From the NCBI RefSeq assembly GCF_006345805.1, contig NC_042999.1, positions 54,870,001 to 54,934,000 on the forward strand: 64,000 bases of DNA, in the 5' to 3' direction. The translations under genes and the position numbers were made by a program. Of the stretch, positions 1-13,456 are shown one piece after another; the first letter of the stretch is position 1, and every line of letters starts with the position of its first letter. The notes below the pieces were generated by a model. It was not told the DNA's origin and made no database searches. It was given only the letters and a program-made list of their open reading frames with translations. The stretch comes from Octopus sinensis. Taxonomy: Eukaryota.

Positions 1-1391
1 AAACACGAAACTTGAGTAGCGACTCACTCTGACACTGCTTTGAATAAATCTTGCACGCGTGCGTGTGTGTGCGTGCGTGTGTGCGTGTGTGTGTGTGTGG
101 TGTGTGTGTGTGTCGGACAAATGTGAAAGACAGTTCGGATGTTATGTACGTTTTACACTTAGAATAAGCAGCTAGTTCTCATTTAGAGTACGCCGTACCG
201 TTTTAAAAAGAGTACGCTTGATTATATATATAGTGAGAATTTACAAAAAAAAAAGAAACAAAAGACGAAGACGGGTGTGTAAACAACAAACAGATGTATT
301 AGTTTCATGCTCGGGACGTGAGAAAGTCTTTTACGTTTCAAGCCTACGCTCTTCGACGGAAATGAACACATAAATAAACAGGGAGAGAAAATAAAAAGGT
401 TTGGTGACTAGCGATCTATCATGGCGAATGCCGGACAGAGGGGTCACACAGGAGAACTAGGAAGAAGGGGAGATGATAAAGTAGTGGTGATCCCAAAACG
501 AAGGTGCACGTGCATGTGTATGTAAGAGCGTGTATCTGCGTGCGGATGGTAGCTGGTGACCTTGACGTGTGCGTATGTGCATGTGTAGGTGTGTGTATGA
601 TGTTGTGGGTGCTGGGAAGTGGTCAGTGCTAGTGTGTGCGGGGCGGTGTGGTGTGTAGTGTGGTGGTTTGGCAAGATGTGGTGTGGTTGTGGTGCTGGAG
701 TGTTGGTTGGGATGAGGGTAGGGATGGGGTATGTGGGTGTGGGTGTAATGGATGAGGTGGGGTGGAATGGTAGGTTGGAATGTGTAGGGGTGAGGTAACG
801 AGGAAGGGTTGACGATGAAGATGGGTAGGAGGGAAGAGCGGAAGTAGGTGTCTAAACAAGAGAGGAGAGGTGGGTGGGATGAAGTAGGTGTGAGAGGAGG
901 AGGGTTAGATGAAGAGGTGAGGGTGTTGAGCTCATGTGGCGCAAAGGAGCGAAGAGAGAAAGATAATCCCTGTTCACGGTGAAGACGGGAGTCCGGATGG
1001 CCCCTGTGCAAGGACAATCCGTCACTCGCAAGTGAATGTGACCTAGAATCTTGTAGCAGAGTTTTGCTATATTTTATGTGAAGGCGCGTGACTTAATATC
1101 TAGGGTCTTGAAGTCACGATCACAAGGCCGTGGGTTTCGATTCCTGGACGATTCAGTGCATTGTATCCTTGAGCAAGGTATTTCATTTCACATTGCCCCA
1201 GTCTACCCAGCTATAAATGCGCACCAGCCAGGTGCCGCAGGGCCAAGCAGGTGGTCTGATTGCGACAAGCACCTAAAACAACAAATCAGATAGAGAGAGG
1301 AGAGGGTGTGAAACGCAGACCAAGGGTCAAAGATAAATAAGATCGTTTTGAAAAAAGATCGATGCTAAATTTTTATTCATTTATTGAACAG

Positions 1392-1514
1392 ATATCGACG
1401 AATGTGGAATAAATAATGGTGGTTGCCAATACGAGTGCGTGAACACCCAGGGTGGATCTATTTGTCGATGTCCAGACGGTCAAACACTTAGTGATGACGA
1501 AAAAACATGTATTG
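1392..1514 (+). CDS. MEGF6: MEGF6-like exon A (calcium-binding EGF module)
   Basis: AG at 1390-1391, GTAAGT donor at 1515; 123 nt, phase 1-1; DIDECGINNGGCQYECVNTQGGSICRCPDGQTLSDDEKTCI (cbEGF consensus). Not in the ORF track. Confidence 0.93.
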
Positions 1515-1599
1515 GTAAGTAACTATTACTAGTAATTACTACTACTACTAATAATAATAATAATAATAATATTTATAATAATCTAAATATAGCTTAAAA

Positions 1600-2640
1600 C
1601 GACCACGATAGGACTCCAAAGGTACATCTAAAGTAACACCGATTGGAAGATACAGCTGGTAAGACAACTCGAAAAGAGTAAGAAGCTGCACTCAATCCCA
1701 AAGAAGACGTATAAATACAGACGGGAGCTTAACCTCCCTGACTATGATGATGATAAAGAAGACACACCACCCACTAAGGTAGCAAAAAAGTGTAAAACAA
1801 GAGCCAAACAGGAAAGCTTGAAGGAAATATCGAGACTATGACAAGAAAACCCATTGCATAGACAATACCCCAAACGAGTAGGAGAAGCTGAGGTAGATAT
1901 GAGAGCTCATCAATGGCTGCAGAGTGTTGGTTTCAAAGGTGAAACAGAAGGATTTATCCTAGCGGCACAAGCTCAGAGTCTCCTCACCCGAAACTATCAA
2001 GCAAATAGTCACACACATGGAGAAGGTTGTGATGACAAACTTGAGAGTATTCACCACATTGTTGCTGGTTGCTCAATCCTTACCCCTACAGAATATAAAA
2101 CCAAACGTGATCGAGATAACCAATACCAGCGCTGGAACATATGCTGTTATTATATCCTGCCTCATAAGAACTGGTATCTACAGCCAGTCACTGAGGGAGA
2201 AAATGTTACCATCCTATGGGAGACACACAGATAAGCAAATAAATCATTACATACCAGACATCGTTACCGAATAGAAAGGCAAATCATGTCTGTTGATTAA
2301 TGTGGTGGTGCCTGCTGGTAGAAACATCAAGGCAAAGGAATTTGAAAAACTATCGAAACATAAGGACCTTGAGATTGAAATATCTAAGACGTGGCAATTA
2401 AAAACCAAAACTATCCCTGTTGTTGTGGGTGCCCTGGCAATGATCAAGAATGGTATGGATAAAATTTTTTAACAGAACCCAAGGAAGTCAACGAGCTACG
2501 AGGTTCAAAAGCTTGTGCTGACTTCAACCGCTCACCTTCTCAAGAAGTTTCTCTCCGTCTAATATATACGTTCCTTAGGTCTCTGGTTGAAACCAGGTCG
2601 GAAGATGAAATAAAATGGAAATCAAACGAAAAATGTAATA
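1600..2640 (+). mobile_element. R4/Dong-clade (RLE-type) non-LTR retrotransposon 3' fragment
   Basis: KGETEGFILAAQAQSLLTRNYQA, ESIHHIVAGC (degenerate CCHC) and KEFEKLSKHKDLEIEISKTWQLKTKTIPVVVGALA (RLE region); bounded by (TAA)n. Confidence 0.8.
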
Positions 2641-2668
2641 ATAATAATAAAAATAATAATAATAATAA

Positions 2669-2980
2669 TTTTTTCTACTATAGGCACAAGGCCTGAAATT
2701 TGTTTGGAGAGGGTTTGTCGGTTACAATGATTCCAGTGTTCAACTGGAACTTATTTTATCGACCACGAAAGGATGAAAGGTTAAGACGACCTCAGGGTTT
2801 GAACTCGGAACGTAAAGCACTTTGTCCGGTGTGTTAACGATTCTACCAGCTCGCTACCTTAATGATAATAATAATAATTCTTTCTACTAGAAACACAAGG
2901 CCTAAAATTTGGGGATAGAGAAGGAGTTAGTCAATTACATCGAACCCAGTGATCAGCAGGTACTTATTTCATCAACCCAT
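2669..2980 (-). mobile_element. SINE family A monomer and adjacent tail-2 fragment
   Basis: Reverse complement of the family A core and tail-2; adjacent (TAA)n. Confidence 0.75.
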
Positions 2981-4363
2981 GGTAAACCAACTAAATTGCT
3001 GATTGGAGCGCTGTTGCGGTTTAGTAAAGAACTAACACATTGACTGTGACAGCCTTTCTGTGAGAGTAACCATATTTGGTGATGCAGGATTAAAATTTTT
3101 GATGGTGCTAGGCTGGATTATCAGCACGGATGGAACAGTTGTCAATTCGGGCGGCGTGGGTTAAGTTCTGCGCCTTTGAGTAACGAGCAGGCAACCCTAA
3201 AGTGGTATTTCTGAATTGTTAGGTGCCTGGTGGCAACAATAAGATAGATCGTTCTTCCTATTGATTGATACTGCAACTTGGTGATGTGTGTGTGTAATCT
3301 CTCGGAAAGGCAGTGTTGGCAATTGCAACAACAACGCGTGATCTTAGTTGACCAATACAGACCTAACATCTAGAAGCCAGTTTGAACTTGGTTCGTCCTG
3401 TTGCTTGATCTACAAATGTCTGACGAGTATGGATCGTTCTACGAAGCGACGAAACTTTATGTTGCCTGAAACCGAATCAAACTGTTAATATATAACTCCT
3501 ACCAGATGTGTTGATTGATGATTTCTTTCGTTTGTTCACTCACCTGTGTGAGTGTTTGTATGTACATCAAGAAAGAAATCTTTGGTCGCTGAGTTTTATA
3601 TTCTCACCTGCAAAATGTCAATTTAAAAAATCCATCAACTGAACAAAAATCATAGATGTTTTTTCCTCTCAAAAGTTAATCTGAGCTTTTTTTGTGTCTT
3701 TGTAATATGTCCCAGAACAGACTCAACGTACAAACAGCCGTAAATTTAATCTGATCGAGGCATAAAACTTCTGTGGATGAATGAAAACGCATACGCATGA
3801 GTGCCTGCGTCCCAATTGTTTTCAACACACACACACACACACCACACACATACACACACACAAACATACATATAAGGAGGACAGTTCGTCCTTGCAGTTG
3901 AATCGATGAATATTTAAATAGATGGATGTAAACCTATATATGTGGGGTGGGTGGATAGATAGATAGATAGATAGAGAGAGACAGAAACAGACAGACAGGA
4001 TAGATAGATAGATAGATAGAGGGAGAGAGAGTGTGTGAGAGAGACGAACCGTGTTCGTCACTAAATATTTATCATTTGGTGTGCATTTCTATAGCTCCAC
4101 CTGTGTCAGGTACTATTACTCTGTCGCCACAAGCTTTCTGAGAGTCTCGATCAGTAAACATTCCACAATGTCTGTCTGTCCGTCTCTGGTTTCCCAAATT
4201 TTTTTATGATATCTTTAGAGATGGGAGGGGGGATGAGAGTATTGTTGTCCATATGGCTGCCGCTCCGTCTGTGCTGTACCTTTTAAATCATACTGATGTG
4301 TGCGCTTAGAACTCCTTAACCACTCGGCCGTAGGCGTGTGTGCACATATATATATATATATAT

Positions 4364-4665
4364 GGAGGCGCAATGGCCCAGTGGTTAGGGCAGCGGACTT
4401 GCGGTTGTAGGATCGCGGTTTCGATTCCCAGACCGGGCGTTGTGAGTGTTTATTGAGGGAAAACACCTAAAGCTCCACGAGACTCCGGCAGGGGGTGGTG
4501 GCGATCCCTGCTGTACTCTTTCGCCACAACTTTCTCTCACTCTTTCTGCTGTTGGCCTGCTCGCTTAGCCAACGGGGTGGCGTCATTTGAAGGCTAAAAC
4601 AATGTGAAGCGCATTGTGACCAGCGATGTGTTGCAACATCTGATAGCCTGGTCGGTCACGGTGAT
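4364..4665 (+). mobile_element. SINE family D (tRNA-derived head) within (TA)n
   Basis: TGGCCCAGTGG A box, GTTTCGATTCC B box; its tail GCTAAAACAATG...GTCGGTCACG also occurs alone on the minus strand at about 54480-54590. Confidence 0.85.
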
Positions 4666-4674
4666 ATATATATA

Positions 4675-4719
<45 letters not shown>

Positions 4720-4901
4720 AAGTGCCAACGCACGAAACTCTCTGACCTTTCGAATTTATTTCAATTGAATTTAAACTTAATTGTAATTCGAATTTAATGT
4801 AGCCATGAAACGTAGGTAGTGCTTTTACATATTATATTATATATTTATCATTCATTTTATACTTTTTGAGATCTAGTTATAAGTTATATATTTTTTTTTA
4901 T

Positions 4902-4970
<69 letters not shown>

Positions 4971-5335
4971 ATATGTATATGTATATATATATATATTATA
5001 TATATATATATATTATATATATATATATATATTGGCTATTTATGTATTGGTTTATGTCTATCACTGTTTGAGTTGCATAATTGTGGTTTATCTCTAATTT
5101 ATATATATATATATATATATATACATACTAATTTTGACTTGTTTCAGTTGTTAGGCTACTGCCATTCTGGAGCAACGCCTTGAAGAATTTTTAATCGAAC
5201 GAATAGACCTTGGTACTTTATTTAAACCTGGTATTTATTCTGTCGGTCTCTTTCGCCTAACAGCTAAATTAGGAGGTGGTGGGCGACAGACACAAAGACA
5301 TACACACACACATACATACGTACATATACACACAC

Positions 5336-5375
<40 letters not shown>

Positions 5376-5815
5376 ACAACTTCTTTTAGACATGTTACAT
5401 AAAAAGCACGATTACGTTCTATGGGATTTTCGTATCTGCGTATCAAATCTCTGTATCTCGTTTTTGACAGTATAATTCCCAAGGTTATTTTGATCCACTA
5501 TCGCAGGCCGTCATCTCAGCCTCGTCTTCATCTAACGCCCAAAATACAAATCTGAAGACGTGGAACCCCAACGTTCTAACGGTTAAATTCTGGCTGTAAT
5601 GTCTGCATAAACAAAAGTTGCCTTGCTCTTGCCTGCAGTAGAAATAGGCAAACCAGAAGCCAAAACCATTCCCTGTCCTGAAGGTGAGGCTGAGACAGCC
5701 TGGAAACTAGGATAAAAATGAACTGAGGACTTTTTAGTATTCGAACCGATCTACCAGGATCTGATACGAAGATACGAATCAAATGTTTTCAATATATCAA
5801 TAAAAACAAGGTTAT

Positions 5816-6025
5816 GAGCTGGCAGAATCGTTATCACGACGGGCAAAATGCTTAGTGACATCTCACTCGTCTTTACATTCTGGATTCAAATTCCGACGAG
5901 GTCAACTTTACCTTTCATCTCTTTTCGGGTCGATAAAATAAGTACCAGTTATACACTGGGGTGGATTTAATCAATTTACCCCCACCTCTCCTGAAATTGG
6001 TGGCCTTGCATTAAAATCTGAAGCT
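5816..6025 (+). mobile_element. SINE family A monomer (tail-2)
   Basis: GAGCTGGCAGAATCG head, core CCTTTCATCTCTTTTCGGGTCGATAAAATAAGTACCAG. Confidence 0.78.
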
Positions 6026-7313
6026 TAACTATCATGTATGAGAGACATGGTGTGTGAAAGAGAAGGTATTTGTTGATAAACAGGAATAAGTTTGCATATC
6101 TATAAATTGTATGGCTTTTAGATTTTCGTCCTACGCACGCACACACTCGCGTTCATTGACTAAAACGAAAACTAATCACAAATGTAACGATTTTAAAACG
6201 TATAAATGTTTATTTTAAAACAATTGACGGAAAACTCTAAGAAATAATACGTAACTAACGGAACCTTAAAAACTGCGCGTCTTATAAATAATCTTGTTTC
6301 TAATTTGGAGCATAAATTCACAGACCTTCATAACAGTGTTATATAACATGTTAAAAATGAATGCCTATGTCTTCGAATTTTTTGCATTAATTGAGGTTCT
6401 TAGAATGTATGCAGAAACTAGCAGAATAATGTTATAGATTACATATCACCATGTACACGCAGAGCAGCGAGAACCAAGACAATAATGCATAAATTTATTC
6501 TTAATACGTTCTGGTAGATTCGAACATGAATATACTAATCGCTGGTGTATTTCGTCTTCGGAGAACACCTTCCTTCAGAAGATATATGCTCCTAACACAC
6601 TCCACTCATTGGTGTAATGGGACTTTGAGACACAACGGTGTTTTAACTTGATTATGTCTCTTCAGTCAAAGCTATCTCCGGATCAATGACCGAAACAAGC
6701 GAGGAGGTTATTGTTCAAATAATTCAGCAAACAAACAAATTTTCTGACGTCTGCCAAACCGATAATAAATATTTATGGCACGGTGAACGGTGACAGTCAA
6801 AGCAATAACATACATACTCTGTCTTAATACGTTGCAGCAAATTCGAAAGTAATCTTGCTAAATCCTGGAATATTTCGTCTTCAGAGAATACCTCTCCCCT
6901 GAGATGACGTGTGTTCATAACACACTCGATTCATTGATATAAAAAGGGTTTGATATTATGGACGTTAATCGAAAATTTTTGTTTTTGAGATCATGCCGAC
7001 AAATATGTCCACCAATGCATTGTGTTACACCACTGAGTACTTAATGAATTGTAGGTACCGTTGAAATGAATAATATTGTTTTAGATGTCGAAACTGTAAT
7101 GATTTCCATTAACCAACTGATGAAGGGTTCAAACTTGTGCACGTTTGTTAGTGCTGTTTTTGTTTTCTCTGTATTTCGTGTTCTTTAGTGTGGTTCTCGC
7201 TCTCCCTCTCTCTCTCTCTCTTCTTATCCATAAGAATCGCTACTCATGGTAAAGATAAATATTTTACTTTAAACTTATATTATTAATACACATGCAAACA
7301 CAAGCGTGCATAT

Positions 7314-7360
<47 letters not shown>

Positions 7361-7874
7361 CACACGTTCACCTATAACCATTCGTGCAACAAATTTGCTC
7401 AATTAAACACCCACACGCAATTAGATGTTTGCTTTTTCTCCTTTTTATTTATTAGTTTTCTATTTAGAATGAGGAAGTGCGTTTCTAACAAAGTGACAAA
7501 AGCTCTATTACTGGAGTTTGGATGACAACAATAATAATTGTAATAAATCAATCTTTAAGAAAGTCTTGCATATTTTTACTGTTCCACTTACAGACTTTAT
7601 ATGTAAAGTCCCTGTTAGCTGGTCTCTTTCTTTGCTTGAAGATCCTAGCTTCTCCAGATTGTGTCTTGCTCCTGTTTTTAATAAAGATATAACAGTAGAA
7701 GAAAATCAAGTAGGAAAGGGCCAATAGATCGACTAAAAGCAGTTTAGTAGGGAATAGAACCACGATGGGTGATTTTCTGTAGGTGAGAATGGTGGCTCTT
7801 CATTTCTTCGATACTAAATGAAATGGTGTTTGTGATGTGTGTGTTCTAAAACACGAGAATGTGGAGAAATTGGT

Positions 7875-7982
7875 GCATGCTATCTGATGCCACGCAGAAG
7901 AGATGGGTCGAAGACTGGCGACACCAAAGCATGCTATCTGATGCCACGCAGAAGAGATGGGTCGAAGACTGCCGACACCAAA
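7875..7982. repeat. 54-bp tandem duplication (2 copies, 1 mismatch)
   Basis: GCATGCTATCTGATGCC...ACACCAAA starts at 7875 and at 7929. Confidence 0.95.
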
Positions 7983-9206
7983 GTCTATCTTGATGGTGAG
8001 CAAAACCTCACAGGAGACAAAAATGGCCGGAAAGACATAGAAAAGTGTCTTTAATAAGGAACAGAAGTTAACAGAAGTGTTTGGATGATAAAAGAAGCAT
8101 TGGACAGTTATGGTAGAGGGTAAGGTTGGAGCTATGGTATTCTAGGGAACAGTTATTCCGATCCCTCCCTCTTTGGGGAGGGATTTGGCCAGAGGTGAAA
8201 GGACCTTTCTCAGGACCTCGGAAACTGATGGAAGGGAGAGAATCCTCTCTTTATTCAGTTACTAAGTCCAAATGTTCGCTAATGGACGTTGATGAAGGTT
8301 CCTAATGATCAGGTGGAGCAGTGTTCGATCTATGTTAGAAATGAGCAGCAAAGTGGCGGCGTGGGGAGGTTGCGAGCTATTTGAACCGAGAGGGAAGGGT
8401 TGTGTGGCCTATATGAATATAGAAGGTGTGTGTTTGTCGGGAGGGGTGGCCTAAGTCCGTGGCTGGGTAAAGTAACTATATGTATTAGGAGGGGATATAA
8501 CTTTCGATAATATTTGATCAGACTGAATCGCTCCTTTGCATTTCGCGAAATGGACAAGTTCTTTCAATAAGAGAGCCATCTAGTGGCCAACGCCCACACC
8601 GAAATTCTTAGAATCTGTTGGCTGAGGATACCTATGCATGCAGTGAAAACTTCGTCTTTTGTGTCGATTCCCGTGCGGTGGCCAGGTGTGGTCTGCACGG
8701 CATTCTTGGACCAAGTGTAAACTGAAGAAGGGGGTTCGGCATCTGAAACGTTGCCAGGTGTTTCCAGTACTGAACGATGTTGTCAAAGAATGCGCGTTGT
8801 TAAATTCCATGATGTTGAAGGATATTAGAGACGAAGTCCCGTGGATAATTGGGGCGTTGATAAGGAAGAAACATCGTTTCGTAGAAGACTTTCAGGTGTG
8901 AGATAATTTCTAAAAGTCCTTAATCTGGCAGTGCTATGGGAATGTGTTAACCGGTTTGGAATAAATATGGCTGTAAAATCAGCAGGAGATGTCTGATGTT
9001 TGAAGAGAAGCTGAAACTACTAACGAAGACCAGGTTGTAGGACGTAGGTGGATGTCAGCCGAGGTCATTATGGAGAGTGACCATGGTGTTCCATTTGGAA
9101 AGGAAAAGCAATATGCCTTGTTATGACTTGTGTCTCTGCTGTTGAGCGGTGTTGCTGTTGAGCGAAGCGGTCTTCGTCCCAGAGTGTAGTGGGAGAAGTC
9201 CGAAAC

Positions 9207-9517
9207 GTGGTCCTTTGCTATTCATTCGTAAGACCCGCAGAAGAGAAAGCAGGTCAACCCCCGACACCGAGAGCATCGACGGATGGATGAATGCGCATCC
9301 AGGCTCAGCGGTTGCGTAGGATGTCGGGGATAGGAAACAGGGAGAAAGTTGGGGCGAAAGAGTACAACAGGGGTCGCCACCCCCCCCCCTGCCGGAGCCT
9401 CGTGGAGCTTTAGGTATTTTCGCTCAATAAACACACCCAACGCCCGACCTGGGAATCGAAACCGCGATCCTCCGACCACGAGTCCGCTGCCCTAACCACT
9501 GGGCCATTGCGCCTCCA
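9207..9517 (-). mobile_element. SINE family D head and body with a different tail
   Basis: First ~170 nt match the 4364 copy, then the sequence diverges completely. Confidence 0.78.
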
Positions 9518-10352
9518 CTCTTGTGTCTCTGCTAGCAGAAGTAATGTTACGGTAGACTAGGAAGAAGAAATTTAATCCTGACGAAATTTTCTTCGAATTA
9601 AGAATCAGTGGAAGAGGATAGAGAGATTACAATGAATTTTAAGACACAGCGACGAGGTAGGGAGGCGAATTTAGTGTAGTTTCTTTCGTCACTTTTTTTT
9701 TAACCTTTGTATTTGTCCCTTCTTTTTCTGTGTATACCGTGTATACTTACTTTTCTTTCGTTTTTTTTTTTTATCATTTCACAATATGTAAACCCCCCAA
9801 ACTTTATGTCTGTCTTTGTATTGTTCCTCTCATCCTTCGCCTTTGTGGCAAATAAATAAAATCATTATTATTATTATTATTATGTTTTTTTTCCTTCTTT
9901 CTTCAAATTTTCTTCCGTTTCTCGCCCAGTGTTTTCCATACACCTAGGGCAGAGAAGCTCATTGTATGCATTCCCAGATTACACGCGCAAATTCACAGAT
10001 AAAATATATATTTAAAAATTAATAAATAAATAAATTCATGGATGGATGTTATTTTCACAGCGATAGTGCTCTCAGTACATGAGCTGTTCCAGTTAATACG
10101 ATTTTTTGCACTTCCTGTAGGGGTGGTAAGCCTGGAATCATTTTCAAATAGGTTTCAGTACTTTTTTTTATCATTCCTAGAGATCCTACAATCACTGGTA
10201 CTGTAGTCGTCTTGAGATGCCACATTTTTTTCAATTTCCATTAGCAGGTCTTTATATTTACTATTATTTATTATTATTATTATTATATTATTATTATAAA
10301 TATTATTATTATTATTATTATAAATATTATTATTATTATTATTATATTATTA

Positions 10353-10395
<43 letters not shown>

Positions 10396-10402
10396 TGTAC
10401 AG

Positions 10403-10528
10403 CTCCATTAGGTTGCGGTCGAAATAATGGCGGGTGTGAACACGAATGTGTTTACAATTACCACAACAAATACCACTGCAAGTGCCGCGATGGCTACAGA
10501 CTGGGGACCGATGCCAAATCTTGTATAG
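10403..10528 (+). CDS. MEGF6: MEGF6-like exon B (EGF module)
   Basis: TTTGTACAG acceptor, GTAAGT donor at 10529; 126 nt, phase 1-1; APLGCGRNNGGCEHECVYNYHNKYHCKCRDGYRLGTDAKSCI. Confidence 0.93.
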
Positions 10529-11512
10529 GTAAGTTGAAATAAAATTATAATTATCTTTACCTGTATCCACCCTGTAATTATCTTCCCTCATTGATAACAT
10601 CAAAGATATGGAAGGCGGGGTTCGCTGTAATTCTTTTGTGTAACCTGGAAACTTTCAGAATTTGAGACAAGGAAAAAACCTCTGTGAGGTCGCTCAAGAT
10701 GCTAGAAATAACAGCCAAATCTCCTTCAATCAATCAATGAATCAATTAACCTTCGACGTGGTTGAATCATCAATCCTAACTAGTTGGTAGTCTCAGTACG
10801 GGTTGTACTATTCATCCTTTCGATCGCTGATTACAAAACATGACTCGCGTTGGGAATTTTATTTTGAGTCCCTATCTCACCCTTGTACACCAAATCCGTC
10901 ACAGGGTGGTTATCCATTTACAGCTGGGTGGACTGAAGCAATGGGAAATGGAAGTATTTTACCCAAGAACACAATGCACAGCCGATCTGGGAATCGAAAC
11001 AACTATCTTGCAATTGTGAGTGCAACATTCTCTCCACTGAGCCACACCTCTACACTAATCTCCCTCAAATTTCATCCTGTCGTTTGAGAAATGAAGAACG
11101 CTTTGCATAATGTACTTCTATGTCTAATAAAAAGATGGGGTGGTCATCACTGGAACTTCTATGAACATCGGTTCGTTCGATCGATACATGTGCTGACGAG
11201 GACGCTTCAGGGTGGTCTCTCCTGCTGCTAGTATCAACAGCTTAATCCTTAAGTTCACCCAATCGTCCTAAAAGTGGATGAATTAGGTTAACTGGCGCGG
11301 AACTGACCTAGGCCTCCACAAACAACAACAACAACAACAAATTTACGTATTTATCCGATGTTATTAAATTCCATTATCTAATTAGTAAATGATTTTTCTG
11401 AGAAATCCTACAGCTTACTCGGTTATTCTAAGATCTGATAACTACGAATTGGACTGTTCCGTTGCTGAGGCCTCATAACACCGAAACAAGCCTAGAATTG
11501 TAACACTTTCAT

Positions 11513-11549
<37 letters not shown>

Positions 11550-11566
11550 ATAAACTCTTATAAACA

Positions 11567-11724
11567 CATCGACCCTAGTGTGTAACTGGTACTTATTTAA
11601 TCGACCCCGAAAGGATGAAAGGCAAAGTCGACCTCGGCAGGATTTGAACTCAGAACGTAAGCGACGGGCGAAATACCGCTAAGCATTTCGTCCAGTATGC
11701 TAACAATTCTGCCAACACGCCGCC
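11567..11724 (-). mobile_element. SINE family A, 3'-truncated
   Basis: Reverse-complement head and core. Confidence 0.8.
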
Positions 11725-11839
11725 TAATAATAATAATAATAATAACAACAACAACAATGACACTAACAACAGCATATTCCGCTTTAAAATTCTTATATCC
11801 TTCTTCTATAATTCCTGACTTTATCCATTCTTTGTGCAG

Positions 11840-11962
11840 TGATCAACCCGTGCCAAATTAACAAGGGTGGATGCCAACATATCTGCCAAAACCATCGTTC
11901 TAAAGCCATCTGCCAATGTTTCCCTGGTTACCAACTGGCAACTGATGATAAAACATGCATTG
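11840..11962 (+). CDS. MEGF6: MEGF6-like exon C (EGF module)
   Basis: TTCTTTGTGCAG acceptor, GTGAGC donor; 123 nt; VINPCQINKGGCQHICQNHRSKAICQCFPGYQLATDDKTCI. Confidence 0.93.
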
Positions 11963-11989
11963 GTGAGCATCCTTTTATTATTATTATCA

Positions 11990-12028
<39 letters not shown>

Positions 12029-12479
12029 TCATCAATTATTGTTATTGTTTTTACTGGTGTTTGTTGGAGGCGCATGCGTTTACAGATGTCCGTTTAGAAA
12101 CATATTCTTCCAGAATTACCAGGAGTTATATCCCGTTGAGGGAGCAGAGACAGCATCGGTTAGATTGGTAGTGCAGGGCTGAAAGCCCAGTTGCTATAGG
12201 TGTGGTAGTAGACGTCACCTGAAGGCTTTACGCCCATAAAAGGAAAACGGAAAAGATACATCAGTGTATGCTTTGATTTCTGCTGCTGATGTTCACACGG
12301 TAACTCTAGTTTCAGCGCTGAAGGTGGTCAGAGTGGAAGTAAAGAGAAGAAAAAAAATGCCTCCTCCTCAATGTCTCAGGCACCTGAAGCTGATCCGTAG
12401 AGCGTCGAAATACTTAGGGATTGCCTTCTTCTCTGTGTCAGAGCCGTCTATAGTCTGCTTGCTTCTCTTATTATAAATG

Positions 12480-12930
12480 AGAAGAATATGGAGACTAAGA
12501 ATGGTGGTTAACTGTAGGGAACAGTAAAAATCAAGAGAAAAGAAAACCTAAGATGAATCTTGACTAAAAGGAAGATGGACGGTGCAGGTTCACTGTCAAT
12601 TGTTGTTTAACTAACCCGGGTGTAAATTAATGAGAAGAGTCTGGTGGTATTGCTGAATGATATAAAGAGATAGTGAAGGGTACTTTGATGACTGATGAAG
12701 TGTGGGGTGGAATAGGGAGTCAAATGCACCAAGCCCCAAAACTGATAGGCAGAAGGTGCAAGCAACACCAATAATGCATTAAACCCTTAAGGAACACTTC
12801 ATGGATGATTAGGGACTCTTCACAGCTCGGCTAAAACCAGGTGTGTTTAGAGTGAATGGTGAGGTAGGTTGTTCTTGTTTGATATGGTAATTTTTTCTAA
12901 GTTCAACCACTCTCTCGCTTATTTGCCATA
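12480..12930 (-). mobile_element. Highly decayed LINE 3' fragment (L2-like)
   Basis: Purine-rich + strand; minus strand gives broken C-terminal LINE-like peptides. A similar tract lies at about 42690-42970. Confidence 0.3.
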
Positions 12931-13456
12931 AAAACAAATGCCTCAGTTTTAAATATCATAATTTATTGGTCACTGTTTACCAAAGAATTTGAGAGATTCT
13001 GTCGTTGGTTAAGTCACTCGAAATGTACTGCTTTGTTCTACATGGCCGTCTTAAATTCTATACAGATTGGTGGTTGCTTACTGTGATCAATTTACGATGA
13101 CAATAACCGGCTGAAGATATTTAGCACAAGATATAACAATGTCTTGTTCTTGAAACCAATTAATTTTGATATCAATAACCGTTTCCATAACTTCATTTCT
13201 TGATTATGTGTGTGTATGCATGCATGTATGCGTGTGTGTGTATATATACGTGTGTGTGTTGTGTGTGTATGTATATATATGTGTGTGTGTATATATATAT
13301 ATGTGTGTGTATATATATGTGTGTGTGTATATATATGTGTGCGTGTGTATATATGTATGTGTGCGTGTATATATATATATATATATGTGCGTGTGTATAT
13401 ATATGTGTGTGTGTGTGTGTGTATATATATGTATGTTATATAATACATAGATTAGT

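Noticed and set aside
444-1017. His/Pro/Thr-rich minus-strand ORFs
   Set aside because: Translation of G/T-rich low-complexity DNA; no domain and no splice context.
4364-4440. tRNA gene
   Set aside because: A and B boxes are present, but there is no acceptor-stem closure or T-run terminator and it continues into a SINE body; the same holds for family A, B and C heads.
8050-9200. Minus-strand ORFs possibly from a retroelement ORF1/endonuclease; similar tracts at about 33040-33600, 46500-46900 and 29370-29720
   Set aside because: Probably decayed LINE sequence, but I could not identify a diagnostic motif to name it.
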